Part shown: one piece after another, positions 1 to 12,025 of the stretch
How the letters are laid out: every line of letters begins with the position of its first letter
Numbering within the stretch: the stretch's first letter is position 1
DNA from: Eledone cirrhosa
Taxonomy: Eukaryota
Length of the DNA: 64,000 nucleotides
NCBI GenBank assembly: GCA_964016885.1
Contig: OZ024742.1
Span: 137,392,001 to 137,456,000, forward strand
Direction of reading: 5' to 3'
The notes under the pieces: model-generated
The model's database searches: none
The model's input: the letters and a program-made list of their open reading frames with translations, nothing else
What the model was told of the DNA's origin: nothing
Made by a program: the position numbers and the translations under genes

Positions 1-470
1 AATGCAGGCAATGTTTCTATGTTTGGTAGCTGAAATGAAAGGGGTATTGTCGAGGTGGCTGAAAGGACTGAAGGCAGGCATTTTGTACTTCGCCAATACT
101 TCATGAACATTTTCAACATCCACTTGGAAAGAAAAATGTTAGTGGAGAGGTAATTGAGGCACGCCTCCTAGAATATCTGTTAAAAGGTGGTTGAATGTAA
201 CGATGACAGCCCGTGTTATTATGCCTACGCTGACCATGAGCCGGCAACCTGGTTAGTTTGGAGAGTACAGGAGCACCTTCGTACGGAGCTATTGAAGAGT
301 AGGATGCTTTCGGGTGAGAGGGGCTCCAAAGGTACCCTTCTATGATCCGCGCCCATAGGGAATCTTTCATGTTATAACCTTTTCTTATTCGATTTCTTTG
401 TAAACCTCCAGTGTCCATGTTTTATATTGCCCACAACTATGTCGGCCGTTGTGGTAATGAAACAATTCAT
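1..470 (+). mobile_element. Old Tx1-clade LINE, 3' fragment (ORF2 C-terminus + 3'UTR)
   Basis: Aligns by eye with 9000-9490 and 20680-21146: 'ctgaaaggactgaag...cacttggaaagaaaa...gtggagagg', ending 'tatgtcggccgttgtggtaatgaaacaattcatt'. Confidence 0.7.
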
Positions 471-704
471 TAGGCGGATTGGCAGTATCGTAGAGCGTCT
501 AACAACATACTTTGTGACATAGAGGTACAGCCTTTTACTTACGGAGTTTATATCCCGCCGAGGTTAGCTTTGCTTTTCATCATTACAGGGTTAATAAAAT
601 AAAGTACTAGTAATGCACTTGAGCCGATTTATTGAATTTCCCCGTGTTCCAAAATTGTTAGCCCTGTGCCTAAATCAGAAAATATTATTATTATTATTAT
701 TATT
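471..704 (+). mobile_element. tRNA-derived SINE (diverged) with (TTA)n tail
   Basis: A-box-like TGGCAGTATCG, degenerate B-box GAGTTTATATCCC, central 'gcttttcatcattacagggttaataaaataaagtac', tail 'gccctgtgcctaaatcagaaaatattatt'. Confidence 0.8.
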
Positions 705-3700
705 GTTCTTTGAGTCTCAGTCATTGATGTTATTTAACTGGAAAGTTTGTTGAAATGAATATCAAGCCGCTACCTGCAGCCTCAGATATTCAGGACGTAT
801 CGGAGGGTTCTTGCTGTTCCCAGCAAGCATGCCTTTTGAAGTGTTCCAAAAAGCGGGGCGGGGTCAATTTTCTTTAACCATCCTTGGAAACTCTTTGAGA
901 TAGTACCTAGTGCGCCTATGACAATCGGGACCACTCTGACTTCAAGGCAGTTCCAAATCCTTTTTACCTCCCACTTTGAGTCCTGGTATCGGTTAATTTT
1001 CTCCTTCTCCTTTTCTTGCACTCTCGTGTCAAATGGGCAGGCTACATTTACAATCAGGCACGATCTTTTTTCCTTGTCCCAAACCACCAGGTCAGGCCAA
1101 TTGTGTTCTAATGTCTTGTCCGTTTGTATCCTAAAATCCCACAGCGCCTTCACCTGATCGTTTTCTATCACCGACTCTGGCTTATGCTCATACCACTTCT
1201 CAGAATGTGGTAAATTGTTTACTTTGCATAGATGCCAGTGCATCACCCTCCCTATCACATCATGTCTCCAGTCTTTATAGTGAGTCTGGGTTAGGTGTTT
1301 ACACTCGGATACAATTTGAGCCAGTCTCCTCTCTTTCTCTCCACAGATCCTACCTAGTGAGCAAGCCTCCTCCTTGTAAATATATTGTTTCACCAACTTC
1401 GTTTTGAGGGCCTGCTCTTGCGCAGCCATTAGCATTCCTTCTGTAGCCTTTTTAAGGTCTTCTCTTTGTAACCAGTTCCATGTCTGTGGATATCTAAATT
1501 CAGTTTTCCTAAAGAAGGTACTATGAAGGGATTTTTCATGGAGGTTGCTCTTCCTCATTGTTGATATTTCCTCCTTGGCCATCCCCCGGTCTATTGTCCC
1601 TCTCCTTCAGTACAATTCTGAGCATTGGCTCCTTACTATCAGTCACGTATTTGTGTAGGTTGTTTTTCTCCATCTGAACACAGTCCTCTATGCTGATAAG
1701 ACCTCTTCCACCTTCAGATCTCCTTAAGTAGAGTCTATCGACATCACTCCTCTTGTGGAACATGTTGTAGATAGTCAATAGCTTCCTAGTCTTCCTATCC
1801 ATTTCTTTTTGTTCAGCAACATTCCATCTCAGAATTCCCGCACTGTAACTAATAATAGACACAGCTCGATAAGTTACTGCACTTATGGCATTCCTACTGT
1901 TCAGATGTGACCTTAATACGCTACTGACTCTCCGAATGTATTCAGTTCTTATCAATTCCTTCATTTTTTTGTTCTTAATGTCATCAGCTTCCAGAACACC
2001 CAAATAATTGTACCCTTCTTCAGAGTCAATTTCCTTTATCATCTTACCTGTTGGTACCTGGATTCCGTTGCTTCTGCTCAATTTACCCCTCTTCACCACA
2101 AGGACTCCACACTTACTTATACCAAATTGCATACATATATCATTGCTGAAAATACGGACAGTGTAAACAAGCACATCCAACTCCTTCTCACTCTTCTCGA
2201 AGAGCTTAAGATCGTCCATGAAGAGGAGGTGATTGAAGGTAAGCCCTCCCTTTCCCAACCTGTATCCTGCTCTCACTTTTCGCAGTACACTGGTCAGGGG
2301 CATCAGGGCAAGGACAAACAGCAGAAGGGACAGACTATCTCCCTGGAAGATACCTCTCTTGATCTTCACGCTTCCCAAGGATTCTCCAGTTGATGTTAAA
2401 TCTGTTTCCCAGGACTTCATACTTTTGCCCAACAACTGTCTGATGTTATCTGCCACCTTGAAGATCTCCAGGCTTTTGGTGATCCAAGAATGAGGCACTA
2501 TGTCAAATACCTTTTTGTAGTCTATCCATCCCATGGCAAAACCAGTGCATCTCCTCTTGCAATTCCTCATTACCATCTTATCAATAAGTAGCTGGTCCTT
2601 TGTACCACGTGACTTCTTTCGGCATCCTTTCTGTTCGTCCGGTAACAAGTTGTTTGTGTGGGGGTGATGGTAGATTTCCTCAGACACAATGCTCGTCAAC
2701 AGTTTCCATATTACGGACAGACATGTGATAGGTCTATAATTGGTAACATCATTATCCTTGATTCGGTCTTTCATTATCAGATCTGTGTTACCTTTTGTCA
2801 TCCACTCTGGTACCTCACCTGACATCAAGCAGTCATTGAACATGGTTGTCAGTTTCGGGTGGAGGGTTGTTATATTTTTAATCCAATACCCCTGCACACC
2901 ATCTGGGCCTGGTGATTTCCAGTTGGTTAGTGTGTTGGTGTACCTGTTCACTAATCTCCTTCTGTACTGTCTCGATCCACACTGCCTGGTCATTATGTTT
3001 AATATCCTGCTCCCATATTCCTCTCTAGAATGTTTTAGTTTGTTCCGCCTCAGGGATCAAGTCGTTGCCTCTTTCTTTCCCTTCAAGCTGTCCAAACAGC
3101 ATCTTCTGGTTGTTGTCGAACATGCGGTTCTGTCTATACTGACTGACTCTGTTCTCGTATCGCCTGATTTTTGCACTCTTTGCTACAATGCGTTGCTTCA
3201 GTTCCTCTATGATAATATTTAGCTTTTCCTCCTAGTTTTGTTCTTTATTTCCAGTCTATTTTTAGTGTCTATGTTTTTTAGTGTCCCGTTCAGTAGGGAC
3301 TCAAGCTTTCCAATGTCATTTCTCATTTCCCTGATTTGACCACTCAGTCGTTTCTTCCACCAAGGCTCTGATCTTTCTTGTTTGTTGTTTCCTCTCGCTT
3401 TTATACCAAGTAGTTTCTTCACCGTATTTACTGTTGCTTTGAGGATATTGTTGCACTGGTGAAGGCTCCTGGCCTCAAGGTATGGGATGACTTTGTTTAC
3501 CTTAGCTGTTGTTTCTTTTAACTTTTTCCTGTCTACAAATCTTAGGTTCATAGGTCTCCCACTATCATTGTTCAATTCATCTACCACTAAGTTTAGGATA
3601 TCAACCAAATCTTGTCCAAATCTCTCAGCTCAGTTCCTCCAGTTGCAGCTCGCTTATCCACCCATTAGTTCTTATTACCCGAGCCTGCCCGGCCAATTTT

Positions 3701-4257
3701 TGTTCATCTAATTTATATAGACCAATCTCGTTCCAGATGTTATGCATCCGTTTCCTATAGCTTTTCTCCTTGGGTTACTCTTCAGGTAACATTGCATAAC
3801 AGTTCTATTCAATTCTTTCGTCCAGTTGGTTCTGGTCCCTTTCCTTCTTCTTCTTCCTCCGACACCAGCAGTATTTGGTTGACAGCCAGGTCCCTGCTGC
3901 TGAGCCAGGGAGCACTTGTTGGGTGAGAGTCTGTCACATGACAATCTAGTCTCCATTTCACCGTTATTCGAACTGTTTAGGTTCGACATTTAAACACTCT
4001 TATCGAGGATTGGCGAATGTATGGTTACATAACCACCGGTGATTTCATCACCTCCGGTGATTTCGTCACTCCCGATGATTTTTTTGTGGCATTATCACGC
4101 TGTAGACGAACATAAATAAACAAACAAACAAACAGACAAAAGAAACCCCAAAATGAATAAGCATAAGTTTCATTGTAATGTAATGTTTGAATGTCTGACT
4201 TAGGATTTCCCTTCCCTTCTCTGTCCGTCTGTTTGTTTTTCTCTTCATTTTTCTTTC

Positions 4258-4260
<3 letters not shown>
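705..4260 (-). mobile_element. R4/Dong-clade RLE non-LTR retrotransposon (family Dong-A), near full length
   Basis: Single fragmented ORF with RT, zinc-finger and RLE motifs. Flanked on both sides by (TAA)n on its sense strand, the known Dong target. Confidence 0.93.
782..3989 (-). pseudogene. Dong-A ORF (RT + CCHC + restriction-like endonuclease), frameshifted
   Basis: ORF pieces 3708-3989, 3219-3608, 1536-2993, 782-1582: WKSPGPDG, NYRPITCL, QGDSLS, HLLFMDD, RICGE...SEC, RHD, PDLVV...EKINRYQD. Confidence 0.9.

Positions 4261-4329
<69 letters not shown>
4261..4329. repeat. (ATT)n microsatellite between head-to-head Dong and Tx1
   Basis: Pure ATT run. Confidence 0.98.
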
Positions 4330-6051
4330 GGCGACCTACGTAGTAAATCGTATCATCGTGAGCTCCGCAAAGGTTTGTTATTTTCAGTTATTTAAAATTG
4401 CCATTTATGGAAATTTTTTATTGTTAACTGTGTATAAGTGCACATACATTGATTTCTGAAAAGACACTCAAAAATATTGGGGCCTTGAGCCCCAAATTTA
4501 AACTTTTTATAATTATCAAACAAAAAATGTTTTCTTTGCAAAATAATGGATGATACAGATTCACTCCTTCCTCACAATGCAACACCTCACACCGACACCA
4601 CCATTGCAAGCATTGCTACGTTTGCCAACACTGGAATTGTAGGCAGTAGCAATATTTTAAATTTGTCTCAGGCAGACGTTCATTTCCCGCCATTACCAAT
4701 GACTGCAGGTGTTAAAGCCGCCACCAGCACCACCACCACCGCGACAGACACGACCCCCACCACCACCACAGCGGCAACAGAAACAAAAAAAAATTAACTC
4801 ATGATATCGAAATGAATTCAACCAAAATGAACTATTCCACACCGAACACCACTGACGCCGCCACCACCACAACTGAAACTAAAATTAACAATAGCAAAAA
4901 TAACGATAATACCAACAGCAACAATGAAATTAAGAAACCTACCCTGAGTTTTGCGAGAGTAGCAAAAACGTGCGAAGCGATTCAGGTAACTCAGGAGGAA
5001 TTAGTCGAAGCCAAAGGAATGGTAAAGAAAGATGGGTACAGGGTCAGCCTCACCCCCCCCCCCACACACACACACCTAATAAAATGGAGCAACGTCGCCT
5101 ATGCACCGTGTCTTATCGGACAATAAACATAAAATCGCGCCGAGTGGAACGGGCATCTGAGTCCCAAATCCAAAAAGCTTTGGGACATGTGTAGGCAAAG
5201 AAAACCCACATCAGACGTGGGAAGAAGTATGGAACCGTGGACGTGTTCTTTGAAATACCACAGCAGGCAAGAGAACACTCCATGGCCCCATTAAGAAGTG
5301 ACGACTTCACACTCGTCCCAAGCTATTGTGGCCAGAGACTTGTGAAGATCAGGGTGACCCACGTTCCACCGGCCATCGAAATTCCCTGGTTAATGGCTGC
5401 CGTCCTCGCTGGCATCGAGGCGAAAAACCAAAATAATAGAAATAGCAAAGGAAAAGCAGGAGAACTGGTCCGGATCTGGGATGGAGCTCCAGATCCAAGC
5501 GGACCATAAAAGCATTGAAGAGATCCCAGAGGTAATAGACCTCACTGACGGCAGCCACCTCACCGTAATCGTCGAGGGCAGAAGACCTAGGTGTGTCGTT
5601 TGTGGTGAAGGAACCCACCTAAGGGCTTTCTGACCTCAGGCTAAAAGGTTGAGGCCACCTCTCTTACTCACCCCAGTGACTCAACCATCAACACCACCAG
5701 CAGCAGAAATAGCAGCAACAACTATAGCAACAACCCCAGCAACAGTAGCAAAACCAACACCACCACCACCCAACGCCCCAGAACTAGCACCAGCACCTAC
5801 ACCATCCACCACGCCACAACCAAACCCAACGCCTGTTGAGGATTTTCCACTCCCCGGCTTATCCCAACTGGAGACAGATTGTGACGACGAGGAGTGGGAA
5901 ACGGTATCAGGAAAAAAGAGAAAAAAAAGAAATCAAAAAAGAAAAAAATCTCTTCCTTCCCCCTCAAAAAACAAAATACAGAGGGAAACAAATAAATTAT
6001 CGAACAAGAAAGTTAAGACAGATATGCCACCATCCACACCAGCATCACCAA
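4330..6051 (+). mobile_element. Tx1-clade LINE family A: 5'UTR + ORF1, 3' part deleted
   Basis: Starts ggcgacctacgtag right after the ATT tract, same start as 6656. ORF1 from ATG 4546 has a C-x2-C-x4-H knuckle (CVVCGEGTHLRAF), a P/T-rich linker and WETVSGKKRK. Homologous to 51460-53165. Confidence 0.85.
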
Positions 6052-6579
6052 TTACTTGTATCCTTCTTCAGTGTCAATTTCCTTTATCATCTCACCTGTT
6101 GGTACCTGGATACCGTTGCTTCTGCTCAATTTACCCCTCTTCACCACAAGGACTCCACACTTACTTATACCAAATTGCATACATATATCATTGCTGAAAA
6201 TACGGACAGTGTCAACAAGCACATCCAACTGCTTCTCACTCTTCCGGAACAGCTTAAGATCGTCCATGAAGAGGAGGTGATTGATGGTAAGCTGTCCCTT
6301 TCCCATCTTGTATCCTGCTCTCACTTTTCGCAGTATAATGATCAGGGGCATCAGGGCAAGGACAAACAACAGAGGGGACAGACTATCTCCCTGGAAGATA
6401 CCTCTCTTGATCTTCACGCCTCCCAAGGATTCTCCAGCTGATGTTAACTCTGTTTCCCAGGACTTCATACTTTTGCCCAACAACTGTCTGGTGTTAACTG
6501 CCACCTTGAAGATCTCTAGGCTTTTGGTGATTCAAGAATGAGGCACCATGTCAAATTCCTTTTTGTAGTCTATCCATCC

Positions 6580-6580
<1 letters not shown>
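6052..6580 (-). mobile_element. Dong-A internal RT fragment
   Basis: ORF 6052-6504 (QGDSLSPLLF, HLLFMDD) closely matches 2010-2535. Its 5' end abuts (TAA)n. Confidence 0.9.
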
Positions 6581-6646
<66 letters not shown>

Positions 6647-6655
6647 GTTATTATT
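6581..6655. repeat. (ATT)n microsatellite
   Basis: ATT run with one GTT. Confidence 0.98.
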
Positions 6656-9496
6656 GGCGACCTACGTAGGAAATCGTATAATCGTGAGCTCCGCAAACGT
6701 TTGTTATTTTCAGTTGTTTCAAATTGCCATTTATGAAAAATGTTTGTTGTTAAGTGTTTATAAGGTCACATAATTTGCTTTCGGAAAAGGACACTCAAAA
6801 AGATTGGGGACTTGAGCCCAAAATTTAAACTTCTATAATTATCAAACAAAAAATTAGTTTGAAAAAAACATGGACGACTCACAGCTACACCAGCCTGACA
6901 GCCTTCCTCAGCCTAACTCATACCAACACAACCATTGTAAATATTACTACGCTTGCCAAAGCTAAAAATATAAGCAGTAGCAATAATTTAAATGTGTTTC
7001 CTGCAGACATTCATTTCTCGCCATTACCATTGACTGCAGGTGTTGAAGCCGCCACCCCCAGCACCACCACAGCGACAACAGAAAAAAAAAATTCTGTTAT
7101 GACATGGAAATGGGTTCACCTAGAATCGACTCTTCCACACTGAAGACCACTGACGCCACCACCACCACAACTGAAACTAAATATAACAATAACAAAAATA
7201 ACAATAACAACAACAGCAACAACAACAACGCGTCGTTTTCCAAAGAAGCCAAAAAATGCGAAACAAACCAAGTAACTCAGGAGGAATTAGATGAAGCCAA
7301 GAGAATGGAAAAGAAAGATGGGTACAGGGTCAGACTCCCCCCTCCCCTGAAGCTAATCAAATGGAGCATCGTCACCAATGCACCGTGTCTTATCGGACGA
7401 TTAACATAAAATCGCGCCGAGTGGAACGGGCATCTGTGTCCCAAATCCAAAAAGCTTTGGGACATGTGTGGGCAAACAAAACCCATATCAGACGTGGGCA
7501 GAAATATGGAACCGTGGACGTGTTCTTTGGAAAGCCACAGGAGGCGGGAGAGCACTCCATGGCCCCATTAAGAAGCGACGACTTCTCACTCGTCCCAAGC
7601 TATTGTGGCCAGAGACTCGTAAAGATCAGGGTGACGCACGTTCTACTAGCCATCGAAATTCCCTGGATAATGGTTGCCGTCCTCGCCGGCATCGAGGCCA
7701 AGACCAACATAATAGAAATAGCAAAAGAAAAGCAGGAGAACTGGTTCGGATCAGGGATGGAGCTCCTGATCGAAGCGGACCAAAAAAGCATTGAGGAGAT
7801 CCCAGAGGTATTAGAGCTCACTGACGGCAGCCACCTCATCGTAATCGTCGAGGGTGAAAGGCCTAGGTGTGTCGTTTGGGGTGAAGTAACCCACATCATG
7901 CGCTCGGTCCGCCAAGGATGTCCCCTCTCGTTTCTCTTGTACGTATTGACTCTCGAGCCATTACTGCACAAACTGGAGATGTTGAGGGGCGCCCGCGCGA
8001 ACTAGGATGCGGAAGATCCGTGTCAGCATATGCGGACGATGTCACCGTAGTGGTGTCGAACGCCAAACACATCGAGGCGATCGGCACTACACTGAGAGAA
8101 TACGAAGCGGTGACAGGAGCAATGATCAACCAGAAAAAGTCAGTGGGCATGCAGCTCGGCACCTGGAGAGGCAGGTCCATGTCGTCCAACAGAGTCGTCG
8201 GGCGCTGGACGGACGGACCGGTTAAATTTCTCGGGGTCTGGTTCGGTCCGGAACTCCAGACGGACAAAAATTGGGATGAGGTGATAAGCAGTGTGGTTTC
8301 TCTCACCCAGAAATGGGCCGAGAGGAAGCTATCCCAGAAAGGTAGAGCGGAGGTGGCTAACGCGTATATCGCGTCCGTCATCTACTACCGCCTGACAGTC
8401 GTACCTTGTCCTAAGGCCCGCCTGACTGCGCTAGAGCGTTTGCTCTTTCGATTTTTGTGGAAGGAATGCGCTGCGATGGTCAGGCGGTCCATCTACTGTC
8501 AACATCCCCTACGTGGAGGGCTGGGAATGCCGTGGCTGATGATGCGCAGACATGCGCTCAGGCTACGACATATCCACCTCTTCCTCGACGGTGATCAGGT
8601 GTGGTCGCCGTTTGCTAGACGCGTCTTTCCCCAGGTCGTCTCCTTGACGGAGCTGCAGTCCTGGGTCAAGCGAAGACCGAGAGGGAGCGCTTGGAGACTG
8701 GAATGTCTTCAGGCTTTCACAGCCCTCGACCAATCGAGCAATGTGATCGGTGGAAACTCCACCTTGGCGTTTTATAGAGGATTAGTGGAGGGGATGAGTG
8801 ACGACGTACTTGGGGAAAACTCTAGGCGTCGTCGAAAATCAACTAGCCAATCTCTTCGGAAGAACTTTCGGGCCGGGGCCTATGGACAACTTCCAGTAAT
8901 ACTTGGCCTGGCAGTGCTACCGGGGAGCTTTGCCAGTTAGGGTTAAACTCTACAGGCATGGAGGTGCCTGCCCTCTTCCTTTAGCCGGTAAGGGCAGGCA
9001 GTTTTTATCTGTCTGGTGGCCATGGCGAAAGAGATAGTATGGTGGACACGTTTGAAAGGGCTGAAGACGAGCACTTATCTCTTCCGTGATGCCCTGATTA
9101 ACTTTTTCAAATTTCATTTAAAAAGGAAAATCAGGGTAGAAAGGGAAGTGCTCTCTTCCCAGCATTTTGTTGAAAGATGTGTAAGAGAGGCAAGAATGGC
9201 CCGAGTGAATGGGCCTACTCTGAGTATGTGTCTGTAAATTAAAGGTGGAAAACTGGGAGAGGGCACTTGCCTTGGTGGTCAGGGTCATTGTGGCTTTTTA
9301 ATGGGCTTTCTCCATGAATGTCCCTCGGAAGTATCCCCCCTATTGGGACATTTTATCATTGTTCTATTATTACATCCTCTGTTTCTTGTTTCTTACACGC
9401 AGAAATGCCCATTTGTACCGTCCTGTATTGTAATGTACTGTCCTTAATGTCTACTTTATGTAAACCCTTGTGGTTAATAAAGAAATCATTATTATT
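6656..9496 (+). mobile_element. Tx1 family A copy with both termini and a large internal deletion (ORF1 knuckle fused to RT)
   Basis: ORF 7361-8005 runs from CVVWGEVTH straight into IMRSVRQGCPLS. ORF 7918-8940 has SAYADD and GGLGMPWL. 3' end 'cccttgtggttaataaagaaatcattatt'. Confidence 0.9.
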
Positions 9497-9914
9497 GTTC
9501 TTTGAGTCCTATTATTATTATTATTACTATTATTATTATTATTATCATGGAAGTAGACACGTCACAGGAAATTTCGTTCCCGTAAGATTTTATTGCAAAC
9601 TTAATGCAAAAATATATTGTTTTGTGTTAACACAGTGGTCGAAATTGATCGGTATTTAGCCCTTCGGGTCTCATTCCAATTTCAACTTTGCATTTAGCAA
9701 ATACATCCCATCGTGGAAGTATACACGTCGCCATAAAAAAAGAAATTTTGTTCCCGTAATTTTGTGATTTTGAACAGTTTTATTGCGCACCTGATGTAAA
9801 AATCATATTATTTTGTGTGTAAACACACCCACTTCATTTTAAGTGGTCGAAATTAATCGGTATTTAGCCCTTCGGGGCTAAATCCCAATTTGAACTTTGC
9901 ATCTAGCAAAGAAA

Positions 9915-11994
9915 ATGGCGTCATTCAAAAAATCCATTTCCCTGCCGTGCATTCAGTCAAAAATTACCCTTTCAGCAAGATATCCTTCACAACCTTCTTT
10001 TTCTTCCTCCAGCTGTCAGAGTGGAGTCTCGCTTTCCTTTTCTTCTCCTTCACCGTCCCAAAGTCAAGCGAATACCACTCCCCTCTCTCCTCCAGCAAGT
10101 ATCAGTCGTGAAGCGACTGCCACTGATACAATTGATACATTTAACATCAAAGAAACTAGCAACAATCAGCGTGAAGTCTCGCTTTCCTTTTCCTCTTCTT
10201 CACCAAATAGTAAAAGTCAGCCTAATGCCATTCTTTCCTATTCACCCAACGGCAGTCTTGAAGCGGCTGCAGCTGATACATTTAACAACAAGGGAGATAG
10301 CAGCAGCTGTTAACGATAACACCTGTGGTAGCAGTAGCGGCGGCAGCTGTAGCAACCCCAACAACACCGTTTGTAGTAGTGGCAACAACAACAAGACCAG
10401 CAGCAATGAGGCCACTGAAAAAGAGACCACCTCTTTTGCAAAAATAACTCGCAACGTAGAAACAATCATCATCACAGAGGAAGAGATGGCGGTTGCAAGA
10501 CACATGGTAACCAGAACTGAATTTTCAGTGTCCTTGAAACCACCAACCCACTTCCTGGAGGATCAAGAGCGATGCACAGTGTCGTACTGCACGATTGCTA
10601 TGAAATAGCATCGTGTGGAGAAAGCCTCGGGGTCCCAAATCCAGAAAGCCTTGTTGAACTGTGTGGGCACGGAAAATCCACATCACCGGTGGGAAGAAAT
10701 TTGCTACTGCGGATCTCCTTTTAGCTACCACCCAGGAAGCAAAACGCACTCACTGAAGACCCTACGGAGTGATGACATAACTTTAGAAAAAAATTGCAAA
10801 GGTCAAGGTAACGCAGGTCCCACCCTACATACCCGTGCCTTGGCTGGTTGTGTCTGTTCTAGCGGGCATCGAAGATAAAACAAAGATTCTGCAGGTAAAG
10901 AAGTTGGGGAAAGAGGACTGGTCCGGTATTAGAATGGAGATGCTCATCCAAACTGACCAGGACTCCATCAGCGCTATTCCCGACGTAATAGACCTTGGGA
11001 ATGGCTCCCAACTTCCCATATATTTTGAAGGAAGGCGCCCAAAATGCATCGACTGTGGATCAAAGTCTCACCTCAGGGCTTTCTGTACACAGAAAATATC
11101 AAAGGCCAAGGTCACCATCTTCCAACGCCAGAACCGCTGCCATCAGAAACAGAGCAGTCAGCGAAAAAGTTGGGAGCTTCTACAGAGACTAGGAAGACAA
11201 CGTCCGTGACACCCACACAAAAGCCACGGACAACAAAAACAGCGATGGCAGCTGCAGCAACAGAAACAGCAGTACTAGCTGCAACTGTGCCAAGAACGGC
11301 AAACCAGGCTCCACCACCACCACCAACAACAACAACAACACAGACAAATGAGAGGGTAGAACTCATACCCCTCCTCGACCTCTCACAGTCGGACATGGAG
11401 TATGAAGCGGCTGAGGAGTGGAAAACGGTTGTTAACAAAAAACAAAACAAAAAAAAACGGAAAAACACCACAGCTCCACCTTCCAAAAGCGAAGGCAAAG
11501 AAAAAAGAATAAAGACTGCAAGGAGACTTGCAGCAACACCACCAAAATCACCATCACCTCCACAAGCATCACCACCAACAACAACCACACCACCAGCAGC
11601 ATCACCAAAAACACCAACATCACAAACACAACAAACCACACATACCCAACAGCAACAACAAGAAAACAGCAACAAAACCACCCCTCCCCCACAAATATAC
11701 ACAGCCATAAACATTGCACGCCAAGGTCTTATGGAACACATAAAACACCACACCGATATTTCAGACGTAAATTACCACACATCACCAACACCAAGAACAT
11801 TACCAAAAAACATTAACATTGTAGAAATTGAACTCGAAAATTACAAACAATTAAAACAAAAATTCTCCAATGCAGTTGGGGATTTCAGGGAGTGACTCTC
11901 CAAAAGAATATACAAATATATCGTCTTGGAGACACACATGACCAGCCAAAGGGACGGTTCTACTGTCCCTTCCCCACACGATCAATGTAAGTGA
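9915..11994 (+). pseudogene. Tx1-B ORF1 (CCHC zinc-knuckle gag-like protein), disrupted
   Basis: ORF pieces 9897-10313, 10021-10608, 10835-11209 (knuckle) and 11044-11895. Confidence 0.75.
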
Positions 11995-12025
11995 TCTTTT
12001 CTCACTTGCCCAGTTCCTCACCAAC

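Noticed and set aside
1536-2993. Prokaryotic RT system (retron, DGR, group II intron)
   Set aside because: All RTs are linked to RLE or APE domains with repeat tails, i.e. eukaryotic non-LTR retrotransposons.
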